Program-made: the position numbers and the translations under genes | Notes under the pieces: model-generated | The model's input: only the letters and a program-made list of their open reading frames with translations | Databases searched by the model: none | What the model was told of the DNA's origin: nothing | Virus record (IMG/VR): IMGVR_UViG_3300006919_000002 | Source of the DNA: an uncultured virus (IMG/VR IMGVR_UViG_3300006919_000002) | Taxonomy: Duplodnaviria; Heunggongvirae; Uroviricota; Caudoviricetes | Direction: 5' to 3' (one strand) | DNA: 64,000 bases | In this document: piece after piece, positions 1-9,741 of the stretch | How the letters are laid out: each line of letters opens with the position of its first letter | Numbering within the stretch: the first letter of the stretch is position 1

Positions 1-3000
1 GCTTGATAACCTACTGCAGTATTTTGAAATCCAGTTGTATTGTTATATGCAGCTTGATAACCTAACGCAGTATTACGGCTGCCAGTAGTATTGTAATAAA
101 GTGAGTCATAGCCTATTGCAGTATTAAATTCGCCATATGTATTTCTGCTTAACGCACTATTACCTATCGCAACAAGTTTGGATCCACCAATGTTATCACC
201 TAATGCATCATTACCAAATGCAGAATTATAGTTGCCAGTAGTATTATTTTTCAGTGCAGCATAACCTACTGCAGTGTTTATAACACCAACAGTATTAGTT
301 TTTAATGCTTCATAACCAACAGCAGTATTAGCTGAGCCAGTAGTATTAGCAGTTAATGCGTGATAACCTACTGCAGTATTGTAATACCCGGAAATATTAG
401 CATCTAGTACTTGATAACCAATAGCAGTATTAAAGAAGCCATAAGTATTAGCTGTTAATGCTTGATAACCTACTGCAGTATTACCACTTCCAGTGTTATC
501 AGATCTTAGTGCTTCATAACCAATTGCAATATTACCAGTACTTGTTGTTCCACTTAATGCTAAATATCCAATTGCAATATTATAATCTCCACTTAAGTCT
601 CTACCTGCTCGATGACCAATTGCAACATTATAGTCTCCATTAATAGCTTGACCAGCACCATAACCTAAAACATCATTATCAGAACCTAGACCTGACAGAA
701 AAGCATAATTGCCTATTGCATTATTTCTATCACCAGAGCCCTTATTTATAGCATAAGCACCTATTGCAGTATTTCTATCGCCAGAACCGTTGTTAAAAGC
801 ATTGTTACCTATTGCAGTATTAAATGGATAAGAAGATGTTACTGCTGATTGAAAACCTGCAGCAGCACCAATAAATGTTGTACCATATGTATCACCATTT
901 GCATGTTTACCTGCTTCATCTCCAACTAAAGTAGTAAAAGCAATTTGAGAAGCAGTTCCAGAAATACGATTACCAGCACCGGAACCAATTGCAACTGCAT
1001 GATATGGAGAACTATTTTCTAAAGCGCCTTCACCTATAGCAATAAGGTTTCTACTAAGTGCGTTATGAAAATTTATATTATTACCAATAGCAATTACGCC
1101 GGTAAGCTGGGTTCCTGAAGAAAACTGACCGGTTACAAGAATATTATTACCAATAGCAATAACATTACTACCACCAAAACCTGAAATTAAATTGCCATTA
1201 CCAATAGTAAGTATTTCACTACCCGAAACATTTATTGCGCTACCAGAACCAATGGCAATAGTACCATTATTAACAAGTCCACTAGCTGCTTCATGTCCAA
1301 TAACAATATTATAATTACCAGTTGAGCTAATGGCTGAATTATAACCTACTGCAATATTGTATTTTCCAGTGGTATTAGTATTTAATGCTTGATAACCGAC
1401 CGCAGTATTTCCAGTACCATTAGAAGTAATACCTGTTCCAGCTCCTGCACCTAATGCAGTAGTAAAAGGTGCGGCATCATCTGTTATACCACTAAGACTC
1501 GCAACTGCACCCCAACTTAATGTACCAGCTGCGTCACTTAATAGTACATCCCCAGAAGTAGTTGCATCAGTAGCTGGAAGGACCCAAGTAACATTAGTAG
1601 AAACTGTATCAGCAGATTTAAAAGCAACATAATGAGTTGAATCTGCGTCATAAAATTTAACTTCACCTGTTGCTTTTAAGCCAATACCAGATCCAAAGTC
1701 ACCTGATCCTGTAATAAAAATATCTTCAGTAAAATATGCGTCACCAGTAACAGTTAATTTTTCCCTGATAATACCAGTATCAACAGTTAATGTAACAAAA
1801 TGTCCTGTTGTGCCTGTAATAGTTGTAAATGCGCCTGATGTCCCACTTGCAAAAGTGAATACACCAGTGTCTACATTTACCCTTGCAAAATCCCCAGTGG
1901 TGCCTGTGATTGTGCCACCTGTTAATACATCAAAATTACCACCGCTACCTGAAATAATTAAACCTGTTATATTTGCATCAGTAAATAAACCACTAGCACC
2001 TGAAACATAGCCACCAGTAGTTGTAATGTTACCTGTTGTTTCAATAACGAAATTAGCAACTGTAAAGTTACCTGTTGTGAAACTAGCGGTAACACCAGTA
2101 ATTAAAGTAACTCCAGAAATAGTAGTGATTATTCCACTAGTTCCACTGATGGTATCAAAATCCCCTGTGGCACCTTGAACAGTAGTTCCGGTAACAAGAG
2201 TAAATGTACCAGTTCCACCAGTTAAATTAGCAAAGTTACCAGTGCCTCCCGTTACAGTTGTTCCACTGACTAGAGTAAAGGTTCCTGTTCCTGCCGTTGC
2301 TTGGGTAAAACTACCAGTAGCGCCTGTAACGGTGGTTCCGCTAACAAGCGTAAACGTACCAGTTCCACCTGTTAGTGTTGGAAATTGACCAGTAGTTCCG
2401 GTAATAGTACCGCCATAAATTGTTCCACCTGAAATAGTAGTACTACCTGTTAAATTGCTAAAGGTAGCTGCAGAACCTGTAATTGTATCTGTGGAAATTA
2501 AATTGGGTACAACTAAATTTCCATAGTAACCACTTGCATTATTGCCTTCGTAATTAAAACCATTTCCACCACTGTAATCTAGTGTTGTGTTATTACCTGT
2601 AATGTTTGTAGTCCCTGTATTTATATAGTAACCAGCACCACTTGCTCTATTGGCTACAGGTATAACTAATGGATCTTGAATATAAACAACACCACTTGGC
2701 TCAACAGTAATTACATCTCCTGATGTAGTTGAATTTACGATAAAGTCATAACCAGTTGCTCTAGCAACTGTTGTAATTCCTGTAATTAACGCATCTTCGC
2801 CAACGTATAATTTTTTGCCAACAGTTAAATCGCCAGTTAGAGTTAAACTAGGAAAACTTAAAGAGCTTGTAAAAGTACCTGTTGCTGCTGTAATTGATGT
2901 AAAGTTTCCTGTATCGCCAGTGACTGTAGTTCCACTTATAAGAGTAAATGTGCCTGTATCGGTACTTAAATTATTAAAATTACCAGTTGCACCAGAAATA

Positions 3001-3944
3001 GTAGTGCCTGTTAAGTAAGTAAAACTTCCAGTGTCTGCTGTTAAATTACTAAAGTTACCTGTGTCTCCTGTAACATTTCCTCCTGAAACATAAGTAAAAA
3101 ATCCTGACGTACTAGTTAAATTAACAATTTGTCCAGTTGTTCCAGTAATTGTTGTTCCTTTTACCGTATCTCCTGATACCAGAACAAAATTACCAGTACC
3201 TCCTGTTAATGTTCCTAATTGACCTGTTGTTCCGGTAACTGTTGCGCCTGAAACAAGCGTAAATTTTCCAGTGCCTGCATCTAATACAGAATACTGGCCA
3301 GTAGCACCTGTAATTGTAGCGCCAGTAATATTGGTCGCAGTAAAGTTAGTAAAATTACCAGTGTCTCCTGTTATTGTTGCACCTGATATGGTGCTTGTAA
3401 CTGTGGCATTTGTGCCAGAAATCGTAGTAATACTGGCAGTAGTACCGCTTATATTTTGACCAGTGACATTAGTAAAAGCACCTGTGGCGCCCGTAACAGT
3501 TTGACCAGAAAGTCTGACAAAATTTCCGCTGCCTCCAGTTATAGTTGTAACTGTTAAATCTAATATATTTCCGGTATCGGTAAAAAGATTACCAACATTT
3601 ACAACTGCTCCAGTAATATTCGCGCCACTTAATAGACTAGTAAATGTACCAGTTCCTGTACAATTTAAACGATTAAAAGTGCTTACACCTGTAACATCAA
3701 TATTTGCGGGAGAAAAATTTCCTCCAACAGAAAGATTTCCGGTGACCGTTAAGTTACCGGAAACAGTTCCGCCAGTTAATTGAAGATAGTAAAAATTATA
3801 GTATTCTTTTGAAGAAGCAAACGTAAATTTTTTATTTTTTAAACCAGGGTCAACCTCAGAAACATCAACAAGCGTATACAGATCATCGTCTGCAATACTA
3901 GAGGCATTAATAGCGCCTAGTTCTGTAATCTTTCTATCGGCCAC
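1..3944 (-). CDS. Tail fibre/adhesin protein, >1300 aa, runs off the window edge (absent from ORF track)
   Basis: GTG start at 3944 (MADRKITELGAINASSIADDDLYTLVDVSEVDPGLKNKK); frame at position 1 agrees; Thr/Gly-rich beta repeats then many NTAVGYQA-type repeats typical of trimeric phage fibres. Confidence 0.85.
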   Translation of the reverse strand, partial: MADRKITELGAINASSIADDDLYTLVDVSEVDPGLKNKKFTFASSKEYYNFYYLQLTGGTVSGNLTVTGNLSVGGNFSPANIDVTGVSTFNRLNCTGTGTFTSLLSGANITGAVVNVGNLFTDTGNILDLTVTTITGGSGNFVRLSGQTVTGATGAFTNVTGQNISGTTASITTISGTNATVTSTISGATITGDTGNFTNFTATNITGATITGATGQYSVLDAGTGKFTLVSGATVTGTTGQLGTLTGGTGNFVLVSGDTVKGTTITGTTGQIVNLTSTSGFFTYVSGGNVTGDTGNFSNLTADTGSFTYLTGTTISGATGNFNNLSTDTGTFTLISGTTVTGDTGNFTSITAATGTFTSSLSFPSLTLTGDLTVGKKLYVGEDALITGITTVARATGYDFIVNSTTSGDVITVEPSGVVYIQDPLVIPVANRASGAGYYINTGTTNITGNNTTLDYSGGNGFNYEGNNASGYYGNLVVPNLISTDTITGSAATFSNLTGSTTISGGTIYGGTITGTTGQFPTLTGGTGTFTLVSGTTVTGATGSFTQATAGTGTFTLVSGTTVTGGTGNFANLTGGTGTFTLVTGTTVQGATGDFDTISGTSGIITTISGVTLITGVTASFTTGNFTVANFVIETTGNITTTGGYVSGASGLFTDANITGLIISGSGGNFDVLTGGTITGTTGDFARVNVDTGVFTFASGTSGAFTTITGTTGHFVTLTVDTGIIREKLTVTGDAYFTEDIFITGSGDFGSGIGLKATGEVKFYDADSTHYVAFKSADTVSTNVTWVLPATDATTSGDVLLSDAAGTLSWGAVASLSGITDDAAPFTTALGAGAGTGITSNGTGNTAVGYQALNTNTTGKYNIAVGYNSAISSTGNYNIVIGHEAASGLVNNGTIAIGSGSAINVSGSEILTIGNGNLISGFGGSNVIAIGNNILVTGQFSSGTQLTGVIAIGNNINFHNALSRNLIAIGEGALENSSPYHAVAIGSGAGNRISGTASQIAFTTLVGDEAGKHANGDTYGTTFIGAAAGFQSAVTSSYPFNTAIGNNAFNNGSGDRNTAIGAYAINKGSGDRNNAIGNYAFLSGLGSDNDVLGYGAGQAINGDYNVAIGHRAGRDLSGDYNIAIGYLALSGTTSTGNIAIGYEALRSDNTGSGNTAVGYQALTANTYGFFNTAIGYQVLDANISGYYNTAVGYHALTANTTGSANTAVGYEALKTNTVGVINTAVGYAALKNNTTGNYNSAFGNDALGDNIGGSKLVAIGNSALSRNTYGEFNTAIGYDSLYYNTTGSRNTALGYQAAYNNTTGFQNTAVGYQ

Positions 3945-3992
3945 TTAACTACATACAACCTGTTTCATCATTATAAATCCCCTGTATCTGAT

Positions 3993-4352
3993 TTATTTTT
4001 GTACTTTGATTTCAATTTTAGGTAAAATATTTGTTGCATAGTTCCAGCAAGATTGCACCCCAAAGACTAATCCGCAAGAAATTGCAAACATTAAAATAAT
4101 TTCTGCGACTGTAAGATTTCTTCTATTGTTTACCAAGGGGGTTTTAACAGTTTTGCTTTGAGCGGGGGGTTGCATTTGTTGTTGAACTTGATTTTGTTCA
4201 AATGCTAATCTTTGCTGCAAAGCCTGTTGAATTGCAAGTTCTTTAGCTTGTTTCTTCAGCTGCTCCAGCATTTCTGGGGTGATCTGTTGCTGAGGCTGAC
4301 TGGAAGGAACTTGGCTTTCCATCTGACAATTTTGTTTTTTATACACTAGCAT
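3993..4352 (-). CDS. Hypothetical Gln-rich protein with C-terminal transmembrane helix
   Basis: ORF track; hydrophobic IILMFAISCGLVFGV; start may be ATG at 4322. Confidence 0.65.
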   Translation of the reverse strand: MLVYKKQNCQMESQVPSSQPQQQITPEMLEQLKKQAKELAIQQALQQRLAFEQNQVQQQMQPPAQSKTVKTPLVNNRRNLTVAEIILMFAISCGLVFGVQSCWNYATNILPKIEIKVQK

Positions 4353-4369
4353 TAATTAAAACAAACTGC

Positions 4370-4777
4370 ATGATGACTGGAATTAGAAAAGCAATAGAAG
4401 ACGTTGCTCATGAACTAAAAGGAATTAAAAATATTCTTAATTCTTTATGGTTTGAAAAAACTAAAGACGATAAAACTATTTCTTTATGTCCTGATGCTTA
4501 TGCCGATGAGTACGTTTCAACGGAAGAATGCGGACGCCGTTTAAATGTATCTGATCAAACAATTAGAAATTGGATCGCAGTCGGCCGAAATAAAGCTGAC
4601 AAAGGATGGAAAGAAGGTATACACTATATAAATATTGCGCCTGATCCTGGAAAAAAAGCGATTATTCGTATTCCTTGGAATCAATTGATTCAATCTTTTA
4701 GTAAGAATAAAAAAATTGAGTCAAGCGATTTTTTCAAAAGCGCTTTATACAAAACCTCTCACAAAGATACTTTATAA
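4370..4777 (+). CDS. MerR/excisionase-like helix-turn-helix protein
   Basis: YVSTEECGRRLNVSDQTIRNWI...WKEGIHY pattern. Confidence 0.7.
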   Translation: MMTGIRKAIEDVAHELKGIKNILNSLWFEKTKDDKTISLCPDAYADEYVSTEECGRRLNVSDQTIRNWIAVGRNKADKGWKEGIHYINIAPDPGKKAIIRIPWNQLIQSFSKNKKIESSDFFKSALYKTSHKDTL

Positions 4778-4778
4778 T

Positions 4779-5273
4779 ATGGCACATCGTTTTGATGGAA
4801 TTGATTTTTCAATTCTTACAATTAAAAACTATAAACAAATATTGCCAGAATCTTTAGTTAAACAGGTTTTATATTTTTTACCTCCTTTTGGTTCTTTTGA
4901 TGATGGATGTCTTAGACGGTATCTAGAAAACATAAAAAATTATGAGGAAGAAGATGAAGGTTTAGGCATGACTTTAGCCAACCGATTAAGGTTGGCTTTT
5001 AAAGATATGCAAGCAGATACAATTTGTGGTAAATTTCCACTTGCAGAACTACCTTTAAAAAGACGACTGCGGTGCGTAGCTGAATACTTAATTCGATCGG
5101 GAGAATTTGATAAGTTAAAAGATGAAAACGGAAAGCTAATTAAAAAACGTGGCAACCTCGGCAAACTTGTTGTAATATACAAACCACTCCCAAAACTATT
5201 AGACTCTTTATCAAAACAAGGTTTAATTAAACATGAACAAGAGAGAAAAATTAATTCGTGCGACCTTAGGTGA
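4779..5273 (+). CDS. Hypothetical protein
   Basis: ATG just after the upstream stop (MAHRFDGIDF), within track ORF 4716-5273. Confidence 0.7.
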   Translation: MAHRFDGIDFSILTIKNYKQILPESLVKQVLYFLPPFGSFDDGCLRRYLENIKNYEEEDEGLGMTLANRLRLAFKDMQADTICGKFPLAELPLKRRLRCVAEYLIRSGEFDKLKDENGKLIKKRGNLGKLVVIYKPLPKLLDSLSKQGLIKHEQERKINSCDLR

Positions 5274-5613
5274 AGACATTAATGAGGAAAAGCTTAAAAT
5301 GCTAGACACAACATCCAAATTTATTTTGGGTGACATGTGTGAAATGTATAGAAAATTCTGGGCTATTGAGGGGCCTGGTGTTCTTTGCTTTCAACCTACT
5401 GGTCAACGTGCGGTATTCTTTTTAACTTTAAAAGAACTTCATGCCGCACAAGAAGAATGTGAGACACAAAATAATGGCGATTTAGCTGAAACATTTAGAA
5501 GAGTGTTGGCTGCAGCACAAAAAATTAACCCAGAAGAAAAAGCTGGTTATATTATTAATGACAATGAAGGAATTCGTTATTTTGAAGTAGATTACGAAAA
5601 AGACAAAGATTAA
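5233..5613 (+). CDS. Hypothetical protein
   Basis: ORF track; operon-like overlaps with neighbours. Confidence 0.7.
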   Translation: MNKREKLIRATLGEDINEEKLKMLDTTSKFILGDMCEMYRKFWAIEGPGVLCFQPTGQRAVFFLTLKELHAAQEECETQNNGDLAETFRRVLAAAQKINPEEKAGYIINDNEGIRYFEVDYEKDKD

Positions 5614-6203
5614 TGGCAATACCTAATGTTCGCAAAGGTTTGAATGAAGACCGAGAATATATTACAAATTATGACTTGACTTCTGCTGCTCATCAATTGT
5701 TGGGCGGCATTGAGTTAGACGTGGCAAGTTCTAAAGTTGCCAATGAATATATCCAGGCAGAAAATTTTTTTACTCCTACCGATGATGGTTTAAATGTACA
5801 GGACTGGTACGGTCGTGTTTATTTATTTCCACCTTCTGGTGCTTATTTCTGGAATAAAAAAGAAGATCGCTGGAAAATGACTAGGGCCTCTTCTCCTTCT
5901 TTAACTTCATCTCACGCTGTTTGGTTCCGTAAGCTTTACAGGTCTTGGTGGAAAGGAGATATAGAACAAGGTCTTTATTTTACCAACTGTCCTGATATGA
6001 TTCGTTATGAACAAAAGATTTTTGATTTTCCTGTTTGTATTTTAAAAACAGCGCCAACACTAATAAAACATACCAGTGAAGGAATTGGCATACAACGGAC
6101 TTGTACTTCTCTTTTGGTTTATCTGCAGCCAAAACAAGACACCACATTTTTTACAGAAAAATTTATTGACATTTATTCCCCAAAGGGGCGCATAATTGTT
6201 TAA
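5613..6203 (+). CDS. Phage N6-adenine DNA methyltransferase-like protein with atypical catalytic motif
   Basis: IELDVASS, FFTPTDDGL..W.GRVYLFPP as in phage Dam-like MTases; NPPY replaced by FPPS. Confidence 0.6.
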   Translation: MAIPNVRKGLNEDREYITNYDLTSAAHQLLGGIELDVASSKVANEYIQAENFFTPTDDGLNVQDWYGRVYLFPPSGAYFWNKKEDRWKMTRASSPSLTSSHAVWFRKLYRSWWKGDIEQGLYFTNCPDMIRYEQKIFDFPVCILKTAPTLIKHTSEGIGIQRTCTSLLVYLQPKQDTTFFTEKFIDIYSPKGRIIV

Positions 6204-6232
6204 TGTAGTTATACCAAGAAAATTCAAAATTT

Positions 6233-6823
6233 ATGTCGGTGTTGTCAGACTGGGAAATCAAAGAGCTGGCTGAACAGCAGGACATGATTTCTCCTTTTAT
6301 TGATTATTCATGTAAGGAAAAAGATGGGAAACGTATTCTTAGCTACGGACTTGGTTCTTATGGTTATGATATTCGTCTATCTCCTAGCCAATGTTTAATT
6401 TTTGGTGGCACTCAAAGAGGAGATTGTGATCCAAAAAATTTTAATTCAGATGATATTTTAAAAGCTGCTGAACTGTTAGAAGATGAAAATGGCCAGTATT
6501 TTATTTTGCCCCCGTATGGCTATTGCCTTGGTGTGGCTCAAGAACATTTAAAACTGCCCAGAGATGTGACAGTTGTTGCTGTTGGAAAATCAACTTACGC
6601 TCGTTCAGGTATTCTTGTTAATATCACTCCAGCTGAAGCTGGTTGGGAAGGTTATCTTACTTTGGAAATTAGTAATTGTACTGGTTTATTTAATCGTATC
6701 TATGCCGATGAAGGTATTACCCAATTAATTTTTCATCGGGGAAAGCCATGTGAAACTAGCTACCAGGATAGAAAAGGTAAGTATCAAAGTCAGAAAAAAG
6801 AAGTTGTTTTTTCTAAAGTTTAA
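6233..6823 (+). CDS. dcd: dCTP deaminase
   Basis: SYGLGSYGYDIRL, GKSTYARSG, TPAEAGWEGYLTLEISN, YQDRKGKYQ motifs. Confidence 0.95.
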   Translation: MSVLSDWEIKELAEQQDMISPFIDYSCKEKDGKRILSYGLGSYGYDIRLSPSQCLIFGGTQRGDCDPKNFNSDDILKAAELLEDENGQYFILPPYGYCLGVAQEHLKLPRDVTVVAVGKSTYARSGILVNITPAEAGWEGYLTLEISNCTGLFNRIYADEGITQLIFHRGKPCETSYQDRKGKYQSQKKEVVFSKV

Positions 6824-7158
6824 CCATAAGGTTTTCCAGAAAATCGTTTTGGTTTTTCAGCGTAGTTGGTTCCACCTGATTTACCAAAACGATCTCCTGA
6901 AAAGTAACCTGGCACATCTCCACCAGGACCTAATGGATAATCAATTTCCATTTTTTTTCTATATTTACCAGCTGCTTTAGCTGCTCTCATATAACTAGTA
7001 ATTTGTTTTTCTTTTTGATTTGACGGACCAACAATATCAATATCTTCTTCTTCTAAACGTCTTAAATCTGTATTATAAATTCGACCTGGATTTAAGTCTG
7101 TGACTTCACTTCCAGAGCTAGCTGAATCTTTTAAAGGATCGTAGTTTAAATCAAACAA
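6820..7158 (-). CDS. Hypothetical protein
   Basis: ORF track; contains AAGKY motif. Confidence 0.65.
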   Translation of the reverse strand: MFDLNYDPLKDSASSGSEVTDLNPGRIYNTDLRRLEEEDIDIVGPSNQKEKQITSYMRAAKAAGKYRKKMEIDYPLGPGGDVPGYFSGDRFGKSGGTNYAEKPKRFSGKPYG

Positions 7159-7215
7159 GGTCTTTATCTAGTTTTGCCATAGTATTATTGTAAGAGGAAT
7201 AAATCAATTAAAAAA

Positions 7216-7572
7216 ATGTTGATGAATGCATCTAATTTTTTAGACAGTTTTGTAAAAGATGAAATTGATTGTCGTTGCTTAAGCGAAGAAACTTTTGGGC
7301 AACCTTTAGACAATGCAGATAATGATGTACCTTTGTATGATATGTACAATCGTGGTCTTTCAGCATGCGAAACAGGGATGGAGAGAAAAAACTTGGCTTT
7401 GGAGGGAATGAAGAGACCGGGGAAAACTGGTTACATTCCGTCAGTAGAGGAAGCTCACCTGTATCCAGGAACATTGCCGATGGCGAGCGAGAAGATCGGC
7501 ATGAACTTACCACCTGCGGAGCTGACGCTAGAGGGCCTGAGATCCCTTCAGCGCCGTGGTTTAGCGAATTGA
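7216..7572 (+). CDS. Hypothetical protein
   Basis: ORF track; AGAGGA upstream. Confidence 0.6.
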   Translation: MLMNASNFLDSFVKDEIDCRCLSEETFGQPLDNADNDVPLYDMYNRGLSACETGMERKNLALEGMKRPGKTGYIPSVEEAHLYPGTLPMASEKIGMNLPPAELTLEGLRSLQRRGLAN

Positions 7573-7583
7573 ACGAGCCTCCA

Positions 7584-7823
7584 ATGGTTGTGACTCTTTC
7601 TGGCGTTATGCCAGAACTTGTTGATATGGTTAATCATCCCCCACATTATTTGGGAGATGGTGTTGAATGCATCCAAGCAATCGAAGCACAGTTAACCAAA
7701 GAAGAATATAGAGGATACCTAAAAGGTAACGTCGCAAAATATTTGTGGAGAGAAAAACAAAAAGGGGGTACTGAGTCTTTGAAGAAAGCACAATGGTACC
7801 TATCGCGACTTCTTAATTCTTAA
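7584..7823 (+). CDS. DUF3310 / T7 gp1.7-like nucleotide kinase family protein
   Basis: DMVNHPPHY...ECIQAI...GNVAKYLWR...KGGTESLKKAQWYL signature; start uncertain (track 7365). Confidence 0.8.
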   Translation: MVVTLSGVMPELVDMVNHPPHYLGDGVECIQAIEAQLTKEEYRGYLKGNVAKYLWREKQKGGTESLKKAQWYLSRLLNS

Positions 7824-7855
7824 TTAATTTTTTAAAACCTTTTTAAAAGGTTTTA

Positions 7856-8173
7856 TTAATCTCTTTGTCTCCAATCATCTGTTTTTTCTTGGCTAAACCA
7901 ATCGACAATATCATCTGCGCTCTTAAAACCTGTTCTGTGATTACTTGGGTCAGGATCACCTAGGTCTAAATCGTTGAGCAAACTATCTAAACTGTTTGTT
8001 TCGATTTCTGGATTACAAGCAAATCTTCTAGCTTTTCTTAAAAGCTCTGCAGCAGATCGATTTGCTTTTGCTAATTTTTCAGCCCAAATAACATCGGTTA
8101 ATTGAACTTCTTGTTGTTTTGCAATACGGTTGCAAATAAATTGCAACCGTAAACGATATTCTGTAGATAACAT
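7856..8173 (-). CDS. Cyanophage-type hypothetical protein
   Basis: MLSTEYRLRL...IWAEKLAKAN...DWRQRD, a pattern I recognise from cyanophage hypotheticals. Confidence 0.75.
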   Translation of the reverse strand: MLSTEYRLRLQFICNRIAKQQEVQLTDVIWAEKLAKANRSAAELLRKARRFACNPEIETNSLDSLLNDLDLGDPDPSNHRTGFKSADDIVDWFSQEKTDDWRQRD

Positions 8174-8185
8174 GGTTTTTATTTA

Positions 8186-8473
8186 TTAAAAGGGTTCAAA
8201 AGGATCTTCGCCATCTTCTTCCTCTGGGGCAACGCAAGCAGCAAGTTCTGCTAATTCTAAATCAGTTGGAACATCAAAATCAATTTGAATATTTTCATTA
8301 TCCATAATCTCTTTTACTGCTTGCCATTCTAATAATCGCTGATAATAAAGAGTTAATAGGGCTGAATGTAATTCTTCCCATGTCATGTCTTTAGCTTGTA
8401 TCTCTGCTTTTCGCATTGAAAACTGAAGTTCTAATGGAAGAACAAATTCTTGTGGTTCAGGCGTGTTTTCCAT
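8186..8473 (-). CDS. NblA-like phycobilisome degradation protein
   Basis: LPLELQFSMRKAEIQAKDMTWEEL...LLTLYYQ aligns by eye with NblA LSLEQQF..R....Q...MS.EQ...L..LY.Q; GGAGG RBS. Confidence 0.6.
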   Translation of the reverse strand: MENTPEPQEFVLPLELQFSMRKAEIQAKDMTWEELHSALLTLYYQRLLEWQAVKEIMDNENIQIDFDVPTDLELAELAACVAPEEEDGEDPFEPF

Positions 8474-8498
8474 TAGCCTCCGTTTTATTTATATTATT

Positions 8499-9119
8499 CT
8501 AATCCAACCAAAAGCCTTTATTGATATCGAATTCATTTCCAAAATCAGCTAGTATTTGAGGATTTATATTTTCTTCTAGTTTTTTGATTGCACGTACTTG
8601 ATTTGGTGAAGCAACATAATTACGAAAAGCACGTAAAAGAATTTCAGTTGATCCCCAGGGAGATTCGTTAATTTCTTGAAAAAATAAATGAATTTCTTCT
8701 CTTCTTCTATCTACTAAATTTCCAATAACATTGTGTTCGCAATCAAAAATCCAACGAGAAAATTGATCAGCGACTTCTGACCAGTTCTCATTTTCAATAT
8801 ATTCAGGAAGACCTGTAAAAATAAAAGCAGACCAACCAATGGAATGAATAAAAGAAATTAAAGCTTCTTTCATTGACTTGTCTAAATGTAAGTTTAATTT
8901 ATTTAAATCATTTTCTATTAAATTAATTTCATCTTTGACATACTCTAATGCCTTTTTTTTAGTGCAACAGTGTTCTTTACATACAGGTTGTCCATCTGGA
9001 TAGTACTGAGTTCCATAGCCAATAGTAAAAGGCGCATCCCCAGTGCATACATCGGGATACGCCTTTTCATTGAACCCTTCATATTTACAGATTAACTGTA
9101 TTGCCTTTGAAAAGTTCAA
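8499..9119 (-). CDS. Endolysin, GH24 lysozyme family
   Basis: LICKYEGF..KAYPD...TIGYG catalytic segment; LVDRRREE. Confidence 0.85.
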   Translation of the reverse strand: MNFSKAIQLICKYEGFNEKAYPDVCTGDAPFTIGYGTQYYPDGQPVCKEHCCTKKKALEYVKDEINLIENDLNKLNLHLDKSMKEALISFIHSIGWSAFIFTGLPEYIENENWSEVADQFSRWIFDCEHNVIGNLVDRRREEIHLFFQEINESPWGSTEILLRAFRNYVASPNQVRAIKKLEENINPQILADFGNEFDINKGFWLD

Positions 9120-9156
9120 AATACTACTGGTAAATCATTACCAATAATATAACAAT

Positions 9157-9270
9157 TTACTTGCCTTGACCACGTAATTTCTTTCTTCCGTGATTAGATT
9201 TTGAATGTTTTCCTTGGCCTTGTTTGGTTTTTTTGGGAGCACCCTGAATGTAACCACCGCCTTTTCTCAT
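9157..9270 (-). CDS. Small basic protein (37 aa)
   Basis: Read manually: MRKGGGYIQGAPKKTKQGQGKHSKSNHGRKKLRGQGK; RGQGK ending seen in cyanophage small proteins. Confidence 0.65.
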   Translation of the reverse strand: MRKGGGYIQGAPKKTKQGQGKHSKSNHGRKKLRGQGK

Positions 9271-9443
9271 TGGTCCCTCAAGATCATTTCACATAACATA
9301 CTAAATAAAAACGTTTTTAACCGCAAGTAGTCTTCCTGTTGTTGAACTGGTCTTCCCGGATAGCCAGGCCAATTTTCAATTGCATCACAAACTGCATCGT
9401 ATAGATTTCTAACATCAGTAGTTTCAAATTCACATTGAATCAC
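9267..9443 (-). CDS. Hypothetical protein (58 aa)
   Basis: Read manually, GTG start overlapping upstream stop: MIQCEFETTDVRNLYDAVCDAIENWPGYPGRPVQQQEDYLRLK. Confidence 0.65.
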   Translation of the reverse strand: MIQCEFETTDVRNLYDAVCDAIENWPGYPGRPVQQQEDYLRLKTFLFSMLCEMILRDQ

Positions 9444-9739
9444 CATTTAACTTTATGCGACCAATAGCGTGCAGAGAATTTATCGGGATTCGGATCTTGT
9501 GCATTATGTCTAGCATAATAAGATTTTTTTCTTGCTTTATCTTTTTCAGTGGTAGGATTCTTGCCAGCTCCTTCTACACCTTGTTGGCCAAACCGTACAA
9601 TTTTTTCTTTACCATCTTTACATGCTTTTACTACATGTGATTTAGTGGCATGTCCTGGCGTTTTTCTAGGCTTATTACAAGCCATTTCATCCTTTGCTAA
9701 TTTAGCTGCTTTAGCTGCTTTCTTTCTTTTTTCTGACAT
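9440..9739 (-). CDS. Small basic phage protein
   Basis: KIVRFGQQG...SYYARH...SARYWS pattern common in phage basic proteins. Confidence 0.75.
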   Translation of the reverse strand: MSEKRKKAAKAAKLAKDEMACNKPRKTPGHATKSHVVKACKDGKEKIVRFGQQGVEGAGKNPTTEKDKARKKSYYARHNAQDPNPDKFSARYWSHKVKW

Positions 9740-9741
9740 GT

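Noticed and set aside
1..700. Diversity-generating retroelement target in the tail fibre repeats
   Set aside because: Repeats are protein-level with scattered changes; no reverse transcriptase or adenine-specific template/variable pair seen
458..3459. Short plus-strand ORFs in the track
   Set aside because: Antisense shadows of the repetitive tail fibre gene
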